The notes beneath the pieces were generated by a model, which did not search any database, was not told the origin of the DNA, and was given only the letters and a program-made list of their open reading frames with translations. A DNA stretch of 62,912 nt, counting the filler, from Salisapilia sapeloensis CBS 127946 (lineage: Eukaryota; Protista; Oomycota): NCBI GenBank assembly GCA_023334545.1. It is 5 parts of 5 records of this genome, joined end to end, with 100 filler letters (N's around TTAATTAATTAA, not from the genome) between each part and the next. Parts side by side here need not be neighbours in the genome. Positions count along the whole stretch, not along the records: positions 50,187 to 62,912 come from JAADVB010000409.1; 4 more parts are not named here. One strand, written 5' to 3'. Made by a program: the position numbers and the translations under genes. Of this stretch, positions 58,839 to 62,912 are shown in pieces; within the stretch, counting starts at the first letter, position 1, and each line of letters opens with the position of its first letter.

Positions 58839-60642
58839 TTAAAGGTAGGAATAAAAGAGTTGTTTCTCTTCCTTTGTCCAATTTGTCTCGTCAGGGCAAA
58901 ATGGGACTTTCACTACTTCCGAAAAACCTTCCGATGTCTACGATAATAAAAGATTAATAAAGAAATGGAGGGAAAAGTCAAGTGTGCAGACTTGTGGACT
59001 AGTAAAGTTTTTGTAGAAACTGTGAATGGCAACGTCTGGAATCTTCTTCGCCTGTGTCACCATACGATACTTGTTCAAGTGCATCGACAGTGGCTTCTCA
59101 ACATCCATCTCAAAGCATCGCACATGAACGTTCTACTGAATGTTAGTACTAGCGTATGGATAAAACGGAGTGGATTGCTACATGGTCTTTCGCGAGTTGG
59201 ATCCACTGCGCTCGGGCCCGTACGTCACGATTCGTCGAGTCAATGACAACGCTGTGTCCGTCTTGCAGAGCTTTCTCGCAAGCCTTCTTGCATTTCGGAA
59301 CGGATCCAAGTTCATCCTGTGAGACAATGGTGTACGATTGCAGTCGTGTTGCTGCAAAATGACTTTTTCCGGAAGCTGGAGGGCCGGAGAGGACTACAAT
59401 TTCTATTTCTTCCTTCTCCATCGAGGATGACGTTGGTGTCGAAAATCCTTCCATCGAGATCAGCATCAAGCACAAGTTTATACGCGTGAATGCAAGTTAA
59501 ATGTACCTGATGCTGGACGTGTCAGCGTCCGAGGATCAACACCGACGTCCCACATATTTGGTGAGGAATGAATACGCTGCTTGGAGTCAAGGAAGAAAGC
59601 TTCTGGTGTATAAAATGGTAGACCGAGATTCAAAGCGAATTTATAGTCGGTCGCTGCAAAGTCCTTGGGACGTCCAGCTATTTTCGGTCGCCCTGCAGCG
59701 TCTCCACAGTAGAAACTAGACTTGACGTCAATCTCATTTTTACCCTTGTCTTTCTGTATCTTTTGCTCCATGGCCGTCCAGGAACCAGGTCGAGGCTTTC
59801 GGTAGATATCGTCGTGAACGGCTAGAAAGACAAGGATGGGAAGATCTAGACTCTCGACGATGCTCTGTACTTTGTTCTACCTTCATTATCAGTATACCGA
59901 TTGGTTGACAAGTAGAAGGACGTTGATGTACCTGCATGTCATCAATCGTCAATTTTCCACTCGCAACTCCGTTTTGATTGGAAAAGAGGACGAGTTGATA
60001 GTCATCTCGTACAAGTTGCGTGAGCTTTGACTGGACTATACTTGGATGCCACCACTTCCAATCCTTGGTATCTGTAGCAAACTTCTTTCCACTCTTGGTG
60101 GTAATCAACGTACCATCCAGATCAAAACTTGCGATTTTAATTGTCTGGCTGGATGAATTGGTCAAAGAACGAGTATCGAGGATATGAAGAGATTGATCCA
60201 GCACTTCCCACGGTCGAATGACCGGTTTTAATATCTCTTTCTGCTCTACCTTTTGTCTCTTTGCTGCTGGTTCATCAGGTTTATTGCGTTCACTGTCTTC
60301 TGGGCGGTGGTGAGGCGTGCTATCCACCTGTTGGAATTGAGACGTTCTATCGTACGTGTGGTATGCCACTCGCTTCTGCTTTTGGATGCATTCTTTAATC
60401 CATTCGGACGAGATGCAAGCCTTGAGTCGACGTAGGATAGCAACCGGCATGTCGTCTGGAATGGTATCTGGTGGGACGATACCAATGGTGTCGCTCCCTG
60501 CCGAATCGTACGACGCGACCTGTCCCCCGTGGCTTGTAATGCGCTCTTGTAGATCAGACGTATCGTCTTGTGTGAATAGAAGGAATGTGTTGCCTTGAAA
60601 TATCTCCGTTGGCTTCCTCTTTGTCTCGAGGAATTTCTCCAT
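58839..60642 (-). CDS. PNKP: Polynucleotide kinase 3'-phosphatase with an N-terminal BRCT-like domain, about 528 aa
   Basis: Exons 60642-59932, 59876-59507, 59447-59182, 59132-58992, 58937-58839. HAD motif FDLDGTLI, FSNQNG, RKP, YCGDAAGR; P-loop GPPASGKS, VIDSTN. Confidence 0.9.
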
Positions 60643-60669
60643 TCGGTCTCACACCACAAAATCGCACAA

Positions 60670-61548
60670 ATGGCGTTACTCGAGTCCCAAGTAATCGCAC
60701 CAGTGAACACACTTCCGTCGTTCAATCCACCGCTCTTCTTTGAGATCGTTGAAGACCAGGTGTATTGCTCGAACAAGTGTGATGCATCCTCGTTCCCATT
60801 CCTAGCGACTTTGCACATTCGTACGGTCATCTACCTCTCCCCCGATGAGCTCTCGAGAGAACTCGCTGCATACTTTCGGGAGAAAGACATTAACGTGGTA
60901 TGCATCCTACTGCTCTACCTTTATCCTACTCTACTTTTAAGCTAGTGTATTAGATCCACTTGGGGGCCAAATATCGATCTGCTTTGCGATGGAAGAGCAT
61001 CACGGAGGGTCTCGCGAAAGAAGCGATTGAACACATGCTGGACAAGAGACGCCATCCAGTCATGGTCATGTGCAAGTACTAGTAGCTAGCAAGTCAACAC
61101 CGTGAACATGTATCTAACTACAAGGCATAGGACCGGTATTCATCTCTCTGGCACCGTCATCGGGTGTCTTCGTCGACTCCAGAACTGGAGTCTAACTGCT
61201 ACCATTGACAAGTACCGGAATCTAGCCAACACCGTGAACACTCGCTTCGAGAATGAACAGTTCATCGAGCTCTTTGACGTGGACCTCGTGACACTACCAA
61301 AGCACTTACCAGACTGGTTTCTCTTCAACCAGCAGCTCCTGGAAGAAGAGCGACAGACATTAATGGACGGATCTAGACACATCGATTCGAATGCAGTAGC
61401 TGAAAGTAGTACAGAAAGCCATGATGAGACTCAAGGAAGTGACGTGCCTGCGTATCAAGAGTACTACTTTAGTCTCCAAGGTCCGCTCGTGTCTCCTGGT
61501 GTCAAGTTTTCCGAGAAGAAGAGTATTATTGGAGATGACGATGACTAG
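60670..61548 (+). CDS. Siw14/OCA-family (Y_phosphatase2) protein, probably inactive, about 255 aa
   Basis: Exons 60670-60897, 60954-61075, 61131-61548. PPLFFEIVE, FPFLATL, IGCLRRLQNWSL, EQFIELFD. The P-loop reads CKTGIHL (no CX5R Arg). Confidence 0.82.
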
Positions 61549-61595
61549 TATACACATAATCATCAACAGAAAAAGTCATTGTATGGTCTTTCGAC

Positions 61596-62672
61596 TTAGG
61601 TCAGGTCCTGCGCAGCGTCGGCGTCGCCTAGAATCCCTTCCTTCACCTTGAGCAAGATCGAGATCTTCCAAGGCTCGAGCTTCGAGATCGTGTCGAACTG
61701 ATACACCGCATCAGCAAACTCATCTGCGTCTCCTTTCTCCATTGCCTGGATCATCGACTGGAGGAACTTGCCTTCTCTGCTTTCAGCAAACGTGTAGTCA
61801 ATGTCCTGGAACTCGTTCCATTTCATCTGCATTAGCACGTGGTCTTGACGAGCTAAAGCACAGATACCAGCATGCAAAAGGTGGTTCTTGGCGTTGAATT
61901 TGAGCAGATTGGATTCCATCGAAGACTTGGCAATGTCTTCATAGATCTCCACTGCTGCGTCGTACCTGCCGAGTTGAGCTGATAGCTGCGCTGTCTTCAA
62001 TAGCATGTTGTTTGCAGATGAGGACTGGTTTTCTCCGGAAAAGTAGTCTGCTGCCTGACGATAGTTGTCCAAAGCTTCTTCTTTGTTGTCCTGACTTTCC
62101 ATAATCTCAGCCACTTGTTTCTGTAGCTTTGCTGCGTTCGAGAAACGACCAGCATCGCATAGCATAGTGATCGCAGTCCGGAAGTGCTCCACGGCCTCTG
62201 TGTATTCCGATTACAAAATGATTTCATTATGTAGATGGTAGGGAATATACCTAGAGGATTGATCTTTTGGAGAGAATCCGCAGCGCTCTGATAAAACTGC
62301 GCAGCACGGGAGCTTTCCTTGAGGCTTATCTAGATGACACGATAGATAAGAAGTTAAGGATCGATCTCGACATACTTATTCGTATTGGTGTTACCTGGCA
62401 TTCAGCAGCTTTTTTGTAGGCATTTGCAGACTCTTCCCCTATGCAAATATAACGTAAGTACATGTCCAGCTTCGGAATGGCTTCTACCAAGCTGTGAAAA
62501 GGATCTACGTCGTACATTTCTTGGCGATTTTGTACTGGTTTCCAGCTTTCTCGTACAGGTCACTGGCATCCTCGTACTTTTGGGAGCCGGAGGCAAAGGA
62601 GAAGAAAGATGATTTCTTTAGCGCCTTATCTGCTTGCGCAGAATACTCCGCAGCACGAGACTCGGCCGACAT
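61596..62672 (-). CDS. NAPA: Alpha-SNAP (Sec17), about 293 aa
   Basis: Exons 62672-62516, 62438-62395, 62329-62251, 62197-61596. KYEDASDLYEKAGNQYK, GRFSNAAK, FAESREGKFL, LEPWKISILLKVK. Confidence 0.95.
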
Positions 62673-62912
62673 TAGGGCGTTTTCGCTTGTGCTTTAATTC
62701 TATTTTGCTGCCAACTAAGCCATACAAATTTCAAGTTTAAATGGCACACATCCACGTAATATTTCGTCAATCTACCTTTGTGTACGGGATCCATTAAAGT
62801 AAAAAGAAGCTAAAGGGCTATAAATAAAGCATGCCTATGTGGCGTGGCCACTTGTGGCGCATGGCACGGCGGCGAGGAAAGGGTAGATGCTTGCCGGAGC
62901 AAAACAAAAATG

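Noticed and set aside
61095-61240. 14-bp direct repeat CAACACCGTGAACA in the OCA intron and the following exon
   Set aside because: A single short match that does not align with the intron boundaries; no mechanism supportable.
1-62912. CRISPR arrays, rRNA, snRNA or telomeric repeats
   Set aside because: No regularly spaced direct repeats, no recognisable rRNA/snRNA signatures and no TTTAGGG arrays seen by eye; Infernal would be the decisive check.

Overview
Gene-dense eukaryotic DNA, almost certainly from a flagellated oomycete (stramenopile). Support: a near-perfect oomycete INR-FPR core promoter at 32771-32786, a 7TM-INPP4 fusion, a bacterial-type CAP protein with a mucin tail, IFT144/WDR19, and short GT-AG introns of about 48-77 nt. 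The window is five contigs joined by identical artificial 100-bp spacers (44 N + TTAATTAATTAA + 44 N), so linkage across the spacers is not evidence. I reconstructed 27 protein-coding loci by hand (24 complete, 3 truncated by gaps); every spliced model sums to a whole number of codons. No rRNA, tRNA, CRISPR array or intact transposon is supportable. Best leads: (1) an intact RNase H1 homolog with all four catalytic carboxylates and the key hybrid-binding residues replaced; (2) a spliced chromodomain-RS-multi-TM protein with lamin-B-receptor-like architecture, invisible in the ORF track; (3) an adhesion-receptor-like 7TM-inositol 4-phosphatase with a very large ectodomain; (4) a structured RNA in an oversized RPL30 intron; (5) FYVE-C2-TM and CH-TBC fusions, two pseudophosphatases flanking a BRCT-PNKP, and extreme gene packing, including 27 bp between divergent start codons.
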